Shown: piece after piece, positions 38,516 to 47,448 of the stretch
Position numbering within the stretch: the first letter of the stretch is position 1
Layout: each line of letters begins with the position of its first letter
Virus record (IMG/VR): IMGVR_UViG_3300028584_001241
Reading direction: 5' to 3' (one strand)
DNA length: 64,000 nt
DNA from: a virus
Program-made: the position numbers and the translations under genes
Notes under the pieces: model-generated
What the model saw: the letters and a program-made list of their open reading frames with translations, nothing else
Databases searched by the model: none
Told to the model about the DNA's origin: nothing

Positions 38516-39094
38516 TTAATTTAAAATATTAATTATTTTACTATTTACAAACTTATATTCTTTATCAAGATAGCCATCGGCTAATTCTAGATCCAGTCCA
38601 TATGTTTTTGATTCTTCACTTCTCAATAAAATATCGTTGATATTTAATTGATGTTCAATCATATCAGCTATTTCTAAGAATTCTTTTTGATTATCAATCG
38701 TTTTTCTCAAACTAGACACTAATTTATTCGTTTTCTTTGCATTTATTTTAAACTTACGATTCGTTTTATAATATTTAAAAAGTTTAATTAACCATTTCAA
38801 AGAAAAGAATGCTCCAACCATTGTTAAAAAATACATTAATACCTTGCTTAAACTCTCAAAGTTATAATTGTTAATTTGTGGTGTCACTTCTTTGACAACG
38901 ACTTTAACAGGATCAGCCTTCACAACCGGCTCAGCAATAACTTTTTTGGGTAATGTTGTTGGTCTTTCAGTCTGCATTTCAATTGCTGAATTAGGTTGAT
39001 CAACTTGTTTACGACCTTCGTCTAGTGCATGGGGTGCTGAAGCAATTGCAACAACTACCATAATTGAAATGAACATTACAATAATAAGCAACAT
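38516..39094 (-). CDS. Tandem paralog family C (2-TM, NxYxFxxL motif), copy 4
   Basis: NNYNFESL precedes second TM. Confidence 0.75.
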   Translation of the reverse strand: MLLIIVMFISIMVVVAIASAPHALDEGRKQVDQPNSAIEMQTERPTTLPKKVIAEPVVKADPVKVVVKEVTPQINNYNFESLSKVLMYFLTMVGAFFSLKWLIKLFKYYKTNRKFKINAKKTNKLVSSLRKTIDNQKEFLEIADMIEHQLNINDILLRSEESKTYGLDLELADGYLDKEYKFVNSKIINILN

Positions 39095-39095
39095 A

Positions 39096-40124
39096 TTATA
39101 CCTCCTTAAGATTGCTAATTAAATTGTTATTGATAAATTGACTGGTATCTTTCATTTTTTCGTTCACAGCCATCAGTTCTACAACATTATTGTTTTTGTT
39201 TAATCGCTCAATTAAAATATTATTAATAACAATTTGATCATTAATATGCTGGCTGATAGCGAGTTGGTTATCTTGATTACTGATAGATAAATTAAAACTA
39301 TCAATAAGTTGTTTACTTTTTTTAATTTCTCTTCTAAGTTTAAATGATTTACTAAAAGATGACAAACCTTTGAAAGAAACAAAAGCCGCGAAACAAGCCA
39401 ATAAAGAATAACCCAAGGTTGTTAACCCACTGTTCAATTTATCAAAATTATAGTTGTTCACCACTGATGGAACTGGTGTAGGCGGTTCTGCTTTAACTAT
39501 ATCTTGCTTAATAGAAATAGGCTGATTATTTTTATGAATTTTTTGTCTTAATTCTGCTATATTTTCTGGACTTATTGAGCGTTCATCTTTCTTTAATATT
39601 CCATTTTGTGAAATATAGACAGATGACTCAACACCCGTATTATAAAGGGATGAATAAACAACAAGGAGGAAAGAAGCAAAAAATATAAATCCTACCAATG
39701 TAGCGACTTTAAATTGTTTATCTTTTGTTATTTGTTTAGCTTCCATATTGGCTATGTAATAACTTTTCACATAATCAAATCCAGCAATTTCGTCGTCACT
39801 AAATGTTGATTCTGATTTAATCTTTGACTTCTTAGCTGTCTTTTTGTAAGTATCGAATAAACGTTCATACTGTTTATCATAGTGTTTACGCTGTTCATGC
39901 ATTTCATAGTCTGTAAGATATTCAAAATCCTCAGAGGTTACATCATCTTGATCACCTTCATAATGAAATGAAACTGAATCATCTGAAGGTGGATCTGAAC
40001 GTTCAAAGTCATAATCAAAATCGTGAGTGTCATGACTCGTTTTAAGCCCACTATCACCCTGTGAGCCGACATCACCCACCTTGTGGTTTTCTTCAATATA
40101 TTTATCAAATTCACTCATATTCAT
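39096..40124 (-). CDS. Tandem paralog family C, copy 3, acidic N-terminal extension
   Basis: NNYNFDKLNSG, TM, helical C-terminal domain. Confidence 0.75.
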   Translation of the reverse strand: MNMSEFDKYIEENHKVGDVGSQGDSGLKTSHDTHDFDYDFERSDPPSDDSVSFHYEGDQDDVTSEDFEYLTDYEMHEQRKHYDKQYERLFDTYKKTAKKSKIKSESTFSDDEIAGFDYVKSYYIANMEAKQITKDKQFKVATLVGFIFFASFLLVVYSSLYNTGVESSVYISQNGILKKDERSISPENIAELRQKIHKNNQPISIKQDIVKAEPPTPVPSVVNNYNFDKLNSGLTTLGYSLLACFAAFVSFKGLSSFSKSFKLRREIKKSKQLIDSFNLSISNQDNQLAISQHINDQIVINNILIERLNKNNNVVELMAVNEKMKDTSQFINNNLISNLKEV

Positions 40125-40149
40125 TGTACACCTATTATTCTCATTGTTA

Positions 40150-40839
40150 TTAACTTAAATTATACACAAGGCTACGTTCTGCAAATGTAAGGCTAGCTTG
40201 TAATTTATCATTCACTACACTTAATTCTGGTATATGATAGCTATTTTTATTTTGGTCAATGACTGCATTGTTAAAACGTAACTGGTCTGTAATTATCTTG
40301 CTATAATCAAGATAGGTTGTTGAGTTATTAATATCAGTTTCAAAAGCTGTCAATATATGTTTACTTTTTTTGATTGCATTTTTAACCGATAGATTTTTAG
40401 CAACTTTACCAATACCTTTAAATGAACAGAAAAATACAAAAATAGCGAGTATAATACTGGCTAAATAAGTAATACCTGAATTCAAGTCTTCAAAATGATA
40501 ATGGTTTTCATTTTGTTCAATAATCGGTTGTGGAGCTTTAACGACAACAGGTTCAGGAGCTACTGGTTGAATAGGATCTTTTCTCATTTCTGGTATAGTC
40601 ACAGGTCTGAGTTTTAAAGATCCAGAAGCATTGCTGGACATCCCCTTATAGTCCTTTAACTCAGTCACCACTGGTTGCAATAGTTCATGTTTAACTTCAG
40701 CGACTTCTGGTGGCGTGATATCAGGTTCAGGTGATTTACTAAGGATTCCAAGAGCAATTGAAGTTGAAATAGTAAAGACCGACATAAGTACCATTAGATC
40801 GAGCAATGAAAAACCTGCTTGTTTAGTTTTTGAAATCAT
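40150..40839 (-). CDS. Tandem paralog family C, copy 2, prepilin-like N-terminus
   Basis: KQAG|FSLLDLMV; NHYHFEDLNSG. Confidence 0.75.
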   Translation of the reverse strand: MISKTKQAGFSLLDLMVLMSVFTISTSIALGILSKSPEPDITPPEVAEVKHELLQPVVTELKDYKGMSSNASGSLKLRPVTIPEMRKDPIQPVAPEPVVVKAPQPIIEQNENHYHFEDLNSGITYLASIILAIFVFFCSFKGIGKVAKNLSVKNAIKKSKHILTAFETDINNSTTYLDYSKIITDQLRFNNAVIDQNKNSYHIPELSVVNDKLQASLTFAERSLVYNLS

Positions 40840-41446
40840 TTAATATTTTCCTTTCAATAAAAATGAGTTTATCTTTCATCATCTGGTTACTGACAATAAG
40901 AGGGCTAACTGATGGATTGTTTTTATTAATTTGAAGCAATAAATTATTAAAAGCCACTTGTTCAACGATTTTCTTATTATAATCAATAGAACGTTTAACA
41001 TCATCAACCACATTATCAAATTCAGCCAAAAGTTGATTACTTTTCTTTTTTGCTTTGGCTAAAACGAATGATGTTCTACCAAATCCAATAATTTTATAAA
41101 GAATAAAGAACATTAAGGCCGCACCACCTAAGCCAGCAAACGCCATCAATCCAGTATTCAATTCTTTAAAATGATAATGATTTTCAACGATCTCTTCTTT
41201 CATAACAACAGGAACATTCTCAGATTTTGGTTTAATTATTTCTAATGGTTTTTTATTAATAGCTACAATAGTTTTTTCATCAAACTCTTTACTAGTGTGG
41301 AGTTCTTTTTTATAGCATGAACTATCCACACACTTATAAGAAGCTTCTGGCTGAGATTCATGTTTATTTTGTACCATAGCTCCTGCTCCAATCATACAGC
41401 CGACTGTAATAGCAAGGATAATAAAAACTTCGAGAATACTGATCAT
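40823..41446 (-). CDS. Tandem paralog family C, copy 1, pilin-like N-terminal helix
   Basis: GGAG RBS before MISILEVFIILAI; NHYHFKELNTG. Confidence 0.75.
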   Translation of the reverse strand: MISILEVFIILAITVGCMIGAGAMVQNKHESQPEASYKCVDSSCYKKELHTSKEFDEKTIVAINKKPLEIIKPKSENVPVVMKEEIVENHYHFKELNTGLMAFAGLGGAALMFFILYKIIGFGRTSFVLAKAKKKSNQLLAEFDNVVDDVKRSIDYNKKIVEQVAFNNLLLQINKNNPSVSPLIVSNQMMKDKLIFIERKILNDFKN

Positions 41447-41609
41447 TTTTTTTCTCCGAGATCCATCTGTCCCAGTTAAAAACAGATGAATGAAATAATA
41501 GCAGATTGTAATCACCTTTTCAATCCCTTATTGCCTTTTTTTAAAGATATTATCAATTTTTGTTGTAAATATTTTATTGAAATATTTTAATAATATGGTT
41601 AAAAAAGTG

Positions 41610-41638
41610 TTGACTTTGATAAAAATAAGGCGTAGAAT
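41610..41638 (+). promoter_or_regulatory. sigma70 promoter of pth2-HD operon
   Basis: TTGACT-N17-TAGAAT. Confidence 0.75.
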
Positions 41639-41671
41639 TATAACTGTAAATCAAACAAAGGAGATTACATC

Positions 41672-42133
41672 ATGTTGTAGATTGATAATACTGAATTCGA
41701 CTTCATCACAAAAGAGGCTATTCTTAGCCAATACACTCAATTTGTTCCTTCGGACAAAGACTCACATTACTACATCTATTCAATCATTCGCGGCGATTTA
41801 AATATGCCAACAGGTAAGCTCGCAGCTCAAGCTGGTCACGCTTATACAGATGCATTGACAAACGCACAAGAATCACACCCAGATAACGTTAAACATTATA
41901 GAAATCGTCAATCAGGCGGCTCTAAGGTTACGTTAAAAGCCAAAAACGAAGATCATTTAATTAAAGCATACAACCAAGCTGTTGCTGCTGGATTGCCATG
42001 CTCAATTATTGTCGATCAAGGCCACGTTTTACCACCACACTTTGATGGTTCGCCAATCATTACCGCTCTCGGTATTGGGCCTTGCACCAAAGAACAAGTA
42101 AAACAAATCACCAAGAAATTTCAGTGTGTATAA
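41672..42133 (+). CDS. pth2: Peptidyl-tRNA hydrolase Pth2 with in-frame TAG at codon 3 (41678-41680)
   Basis: YIYSIIRGDLNMPTGKLAAQAGHA, KVTLK, IVDQG, TALGIGP; AAGGAG RBS precedes ATG 41672. Confidence 0.85.
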
Positions 42134-42142
42134 GGGGGACTT

Positions 42143-42910
42143 ATGAATAAAGAATTACTATTAACTATTATTCGTGAGCACAACATCACATTAACTGAAA
42201 CATCCATTCAACGATTAATAGAGTTGGCTGAAATTCAGGCCAACTGGGATGGTCGTGATGCAGAACCTATGGATGAGAATTCCTGCAGAGATCTCTGTCA
42301 TTTTTTAAGCACTGTAAAAGAAGCTATCCCAACTGACATTGGATTTTTCTTTAATCATGAAGGATCTATGAGCATTAACTGGATGTTAGGTGAAAGATTA
42401 GTGGACGTTTGCTTCGAACCAGAAGCTACTTATCTTTACATGACAGGTTATGACGATGGTATTGCACTCCCTAGGTCAGTGTTTAAACATTTCAAATACA
42501 CCGATCCAGAAAGCTGCTTTATCAGCTATAAAACAAAATTGGAGATGGTTTCTGGAATGTTATATAAATTGAGACAAGAGACAGCTAAAAATTTAGTTGA
42601 AGTGATTGCTTATGACTATGGTTGGGGCGAACATGGAGATGAATTAGAAATGAATACAGATGCCTTACATTCATTTGTTCATTTTATAGATAACTTAGAG
42701 GTGTTACCGGAAAAAATAATTATTTTTTTAACCCACGAAGGATTCTTAGAAGTCGTGTTGATGGATTATGATCCGCGTCACGAAATAGAATTTACACCAG
42801 AAGGGTTGCTTTTTTTCTTAGCCCCCGAATATGACATGACAGAAGTCAGCAAAAACAATTTTAACCAATATAAAGATATTAACGATTTTCTAACAGGAGA
42901 AACAAAATGA
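42143..42910 (+). CDS. Hypothetical protein with internally duplicated domain
   Basis: NWDGRDAEPM / GWGEHGDEL and FFNHEG / FLTHEG repeats. Confidence 0.75.
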   Translation: MNKELLLTIIREHNITLTETSIQRLIELAEIQANWDGRDAEPMDENSCRDLCHFLSTVKEAIPTDIGFFFNHEGSMSINWMLGERLVDVCFEPEATYLYMTGYDDGIALPRSVFKHFKYTDPESCFISYKTKLEMVSGMLYKLRQETAKNLVEVIAYDYGWGEHGDELEMNTDALHSFVHFIDNLEVLPEKIIIFLTHEGFLEVVLMDYDPRHEIEFTPEGLLFFLAPEYDMTEVSKNNFNQYKDINDFLTGETK

Positions 42911-43269
42911 GCAGATTAGCAATGATAAACACCATGAAAATTTTTTTAAAAACAGAAAGACCGCATCGTGACGGTGATGGACACAAAGTTAAAGTATTAT
43001 TCTTAAAAGACTATGTGTTGTATGCATTATTAAGAGAGAAAAAAGACTTTACTAACTGTGCTACTGATAAATCGCAAGCTATTTCGATTGCTCTAGACTG
43101 GTTAAGTGCTGTCGAAAGATCCAGAAAACAACTAGAACTTAATAACTTAGAATCGTGGGATTTAAAAGCATTAAAATATAAAATAGGTGTTGACTTCACT
43201 GTTGAAGATTTGGTACAATTAGAACACGCAATAAAGAACCAAATAGATAAACTAAATGTTGAAAAGTAA
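42907..43269 (+). CDS. Hypothetical protein (related to 43900..44328)
   Basis: YVLYALLREK versus FMLYAIIKGK. Confidence 0.7.
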   Translation: MSRLAMINTMKIFLKTERPHRDGDGHKVKVLFLKDYVLYALLREKKDFTNCATDKSQAISIALDWLSAVERSRKQLELNNLESWDLKALKYKIGVDFTVEDLVQLEHAIKNQIDKLNVEK

Positions 43270-43297
43270 TCAAAAACTAACCATTAGGAGAATGACC

Positions 43298-43897
43298 ATG
43301 ACTATGTAGATTGATAAAATTGAAAACCTTAGCTTCAACGATCTTGTTAAAGAGATGAAAGCTTGTGAACAAACACAAGGCATGAATGTTCTTCAACATG
43401 GATTGTCAGTCAATAAATACTTTCAGGATTTGAAAGATCACATTATTGATGGAAAACCATTAGCTCTCGAATGGAGACTTCCTGATTGGATTTACAATAA
43501 ATCTATCTGGAGTAACTTGGCAGATGACAAAGACATCAAAACCTATCAGATTTATCACGACTGTGGTAAGCCATTCTGTTTGACAATTGATGAAAATGGT
43601 AACCGTCACTTCCCTGACCATGCACAAGCATCTGGTCTAATCTGGCGTAAAATCGGTGGCACTGAACTTCAAGCTCAATTGATGGAGCATGATATGGATA
43701 TTCATTTGCTTAAAATGGATGACTTTGAAGATTTCTATGCACTTCCGTTCGCTGCAACCCTATTGATTACTGGTTTCTGTGAGATTCACAGCAATGCTGC
43801 TATGTTTGGTGGTATTGAATCAACAAGTTTTAAAATCAAGTGGAAAAAGATTAACAAAATCGGCAAAAAATTTAATGATAAACTATTAGGAGAATAA
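43298..43897 (+). CDS. HD-domain phosphohydrolase (CCA-adding-enzyme-type HD) with in-frame TAG at 43307-43309
   Basis: VLQHG, YHDCGKP, RHFPDHAQAS, HDM; AGGAG RBS precedes ATG ACT ATG TAG. Confidence 0.75.
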
Positions 43898-43899
43898 TC

Positions 43900-44328
43900 A
43901 TGAACGCTATTGAAAAAAATGAAACTATCGAAACAACTGAAATGAATAAAAGAGACTTAATTAAAAAAGCGGTTGTCACATTCCGTGAAGGCTATAAAGA
44001 GAATAAACATGTTTGCACCTTAGAAGTCTTTATGTTGTATGCAATCATCAAAGGAAAACATGTGGATGTAACCATTAAGGATAATCACTACAAAGAAGGC
44101 TGCAATCCATTTGATCACCACCCAGTATTCAAATATAACATTGAAAAGGTATCAAATATCAATGCGGGTATTTTGCTGGAGTATGGACAAGGTGCAATCA
44201 GAATTATTTCGAAGAGTAATTATATGGTTAACTCAGTCAATGAAAAAGTTAAATACTTCTTCGGGCTAACACCAGTGGAATTTGAGTTCTTGCTCAATCA
44301 ATATGTAGAAGAAAGAAAAGCCTCTTAA
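43900..44328 (+). CDS. Hypothetical protein
   Basis: AGGAG RBS; last gene of operon. Confidence 0.75.
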   Translation: MNAIEKNETIETTEMNKRDLIKKAVVTFREGYKENKHVCTLEVFMLYAIIKGKHVDVTIKDNHYKEGCNPFDHHPVFKYNIEKVSNINAGILLEYGQGAIRIISKSNYMVNSVNEKVKYFFGLTPVEFEFLLNQYVEERKAS

Positions 44329-45059
44329 TGAGGCTTTCTTTTTGATACGTGAGGTAACTCATAATCTATGACAGAAACAATAGTATTTGGTAAGAACTCA
44401 AACGCATTTTCATCGTGTGCATAATGAAGATTAATAAAGTTAGCTTGTATGTATTCTTTGAATTCAGCAACATCATTGAAAACAATTCCATTTACTGGTT
44501 TCTTCTCCATAATGATTTGATTAACCGTTTTTTCATAATCGTGAGGATAAGATGCTGTTGGCTTATCAATCGGTATTAAGTCGCCCACTCTAAAACTGGT
44601 AAAGTTTGGATAACCATATTCAAATGGAATACCATAGGGTGCGGCTTGCCTCATCTCTTCCAAGGAGTATGACTTAGTATTACTGTTAATAAAGAAAAGA
44701 GAATGCCCAGATTGACCTTGCCATTCGCCATTTTTAGGAATGTTATGTGTGTCTAATTCAACAATATTTTGACTGATGTAGTCAACAATAAAGCGTACAT
44801 TTTTCCCCTTTTTGTCGTTCTTAGTAGCACTCATGGAAAACTTGTTAATGACATATCCTCTGACTTCTGAATTTCGATTAACATAGTCCACTAATCTTAT
44901 TAAGGTATCGGGTTTTTCGTAATCAAATTTTTTCATGAGATACACTATCTCTTCATCAAGCTCGGCCTGAGAGGTTATTCGTTGGTGTCTATTTTCTGTT
45001 TGTGCAAATGAAGTTGTAGTAATTAAAAATAAGCTAGTAAGTAATATGCGTTTTAACAT
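44325..45059 (-). CDS. Secreted protein
   Basis: Signal peptide ending SFA|Q. Confidence 0.7.
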   Translation of the reverse strand: MLKRILLTSLFLITTTSFAQTENRHQRITSQAELDEEIVYLMKKFDYEKPDTLIRLVDYVNRNSEVRGYVINKFSMSATKNDKKGKNVRFIVDYISQNIVELDTHNIPKNGEWQGQSGHSLFFINSNTKSYSLEEMRQAAPYGIPFEYGYPNFTSFRVGDLIPIDKPTASYPHDYEKTVNQIIMEKKPVNGIVFNDVAEFKEYIQANFINLHYAHDENAFEFLPNTIVSVIDYELPHVSKRKPH

Positions 45060-45207
45060 TATTTTCTATGTGTGTTTATATAAAATATTACACTATAATA
45101 CTAAAAAGTCAAAATTAGATTTAATTATTTATTGTTATTTTTTTATAAAGTGTTAAGCTTGAAAATGAAAGGATCTCTAAATGATAATTTAAAAAAGGTG
45201 GTTAATT

Positions 45208-45870
45208 ATGATTTTTAAAACTCTTGCTGAAAATGAAGAACATTCCAATCTACTTGAAATAGCTCAGCATATTACAATAGATCAAACAAATATATTCCCA
45301 GAGAAGTTTTTGTTCTATGTGTTTTCAAAATATGATTTACACAGTCTTTCAATGGAGTTTAGAAACAAAAAAACAATTTCAATACGTTCTCTGGTTGACC
45401 ATAAGTTAACCGAAATTGCAATACTTGAATACATGAATAATGGTGATTCAATTATTTTGACAGATGAAATATTATTTGAACCGGGCGAAATAAAAAATAT
45501 AAGTGATCCATTAATAAGAGAGAATGGTTTTGCTAACTACAACAATTATAACAATGTTAAAAAATTCTTAACAGTTCCTTTCTTTGGTGATTTAGACTAT
45601 CGAGTGAGTGCTCAAGCTGCTTACCCTTATGGTGGAGACGCATCCTTACGTTTTGTTAGACATCATAAAATAAATAATTGGTCATCCACAATAAGTATAC
45701 TATTAGATTACATAGATAAAACACAAACAAAGTTAACAGACCAAAATCTAAACTCATTTAAAGTCATATTGTCTGATTTGTTACTTATTGATCTATCTGA
45801 TGAAAATCATGAATCGTTCATCAGAAATAGTAGTAATTATAATAAATTAATTGGAATGAAACAAATTTAA
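45208..45870 (+). CDS. Hypothetical protein with C-terminal MxxI tag
   Basis: Ends NYNKLIGMKQI. Confidence 0.7.
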   Translation: MIFKTLAENEEHSNLLEIAQHITIDQTNIFPEKFLFYVFSKYDLHSLSMEFRNKKTISIRSLVDHKLTEIAILEYMNNGDSIILTDEILFEPGEIKNISDPLIRENGFANYNNYNNVKKFLTVPFFGDLDYRVSAQAAYPYGGDASLRFVRHHKINNWSSTISILLDYIDKTQTKLTDQNLNSFKVILSDLLLIDLSDENHESFIRNSSNYNKLIGMKQI

Positions 45871-45948
45871 AAAATAAATTGAATACCTTACAAATTGACA
45901 TTTATTCTAAATATTCTAGTATAATAGTAATAAACTTGGATTAGTAAA

Positions 45949-46458
45949 ATGATAAAAAATAATTGTTTGTTAGATATCAATAACAATCTTGAAGTTAAAT
46001 TATTATTGTTATCAGTTTATGATGATATTTCTGAAGAAATAAAGAGATTAGATACAATTGCCTATACTCATACTGAATTACCTGTCGATCCTGATCTTTT
46101 AATCAAAATCAGAAATATATTCTTTGTCATAGGGAATAGAGATAAATTTAAAGAATTAAACTCTGAAATTTATGGTTATCATGAGAGTGATACGCTACCT
46201 GAATATAGACACATTGCGGTGTATCAAGAACAATCAGAACACTCTTCGGTGCCGGATGGCCGTCATTCTTTATATCCTAAAGAAAACTATGTAAAAATTG
46301 AAGCCTATAACTGTCGTCTACCTGTCATAAAAATCTACGAAAAAGCAAAAGAAGAACATACTCGTAAAGAAATACAAAAAGAAATATACCAGAATGTCTT
46401 AAATAGTGCTCATGATTACCTTTGGTATATAATGGAAGAATGTTTTCAAGAAGAATAA
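45949..46458 (+). CDS. Hypothetical protein
   Basis: TTGACA..TATAAT promoter upstream. Confidence 0.7.
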   Translation: MIKNNCLLDINNNLEVKLLLLSVYDDISEEIKRLDTIAYTHTELPVDPDLLIKIRNIFFVIGNRDKFKELNSEIYGYHESDTLPEYRHIAVYQEQSEHSSVPDGRHSLYPKENYVKIEAYNCRLPVIKIYEKAKEEHTRKEIQKEIYQNVLNSAHDYLWYIMEECFQEE

Positions 46459-46570
46459 AAAAGAGTTCAATACTCTTTTTTTTTAAATCATATAGAAAAA
46501 ATGGAGTGTTATTGTTGAATTATGTTTTGCTTTGTGTTAAGCTTAAAGGACTTTTTTAGGGGCTATAATA

Positions 46571-47440
46571 ATGTTAGAATTACATATAGAAAATTACAAG
46601 GAATTTCTTGAGGCAAAAACAGAAATTATAAGTAATGAACAATACAAAATAGTCGAATATGAACAGCTTTTATTGGTAAAAAAAGCTGAGCAAGTCAAAC
46701 GTTCGTTTCTTAAAAAGTTTTTTGATAAAAATGAGCATACAAAAGTTAATGAAATTATTGAAGCCATTCAGTCTTCTACCCATACAATCGAAAAAACAAA
46801 AAAAGAAATTGAAGAACGAAAGGTTTTTCTTATTGAATATGGCAAGAACGCTATTATCGCCAGTAATGATGCGAATGGTGAAAAAAATAGAAGACTGATA
46901 GCTGAAAAAGAAGCTTGTTTTGAAATTAATAGAGTAACCAAAGAAATTGAAGATATTTGTATTATGGCAATAAAAGCTCTTGAAAATGGTATTCGATTAT
47001 TAAACGACCTCAACGTTGCTTATCATAAAGGCTTGTATGAACAAGACTATAATGTCTACATGGTTTCGATAAATAAGAATTTTGGTGAAGCTATTGCGAC
47101 GGTATCAAGGTTTAAGAAAGCCGTAAAATATAGTAAAGACCAAATGTTAAATTATGATCCTAAGATTGATACCAGTTTTTATGAGCCGTTAATTAATATC
47201 ATCAATGATGACAACTCAGAGAGTATTGTTCTTCAAGAAAATATGTCATCATCGAATAAATACATACCGATAGTCAATAATACATTGGCAGTTATTCATG
47301 CTAGTTATAAACTGGTTAAAAATCTAAATGAAAAACATACAAAAAGATACAAAGAAAAAGAAGCAGAAGTGAGCAATTATACTATGGACATCGAGTTAAT
47401 AACCAGAAAAATGTTAAAAGACAGTGGTATAAAATTATAA
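46571..47440 (+). CDS. Coiled-coil hypothetical protein
   Basis: 289-aa helical, charged ORF. Confidence 0.7.
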   Translation: MLELHIENYKEFLEAKTEIISNEQYKIVEYEQLLLVKKAEQVKRSFLKKFFDKNEHTKVNEIIEAIQSSTHTIEKTKKEIEERKVFLIEYGKNAIIASNDANGEKNRRLIAEKEACFEINRVTKEIEDICIMAIKALENGIRLLNDLNVAYHKGLYEQDYNVYMVSINKNFGEAIATVSRFKKAVKYSKDQMLNYDPKIDTSFYEPLINIINDDNSESIVLQENMSSSNKYIPIVNNTLAVIHASYKLVKNLNEKHTKRYKEKEAEVSNYTMDIELITRKMLKDSGIKL

Positions 47441-47448
47441 AGGAGCTA

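Noticed and set aside
41577-41801. 74-aa ORF upstream of pth2
   Set aside because: Spans the promoter and lacks an RBS; the overlapping frame carries the conserved Pth2 N-terminal strand.
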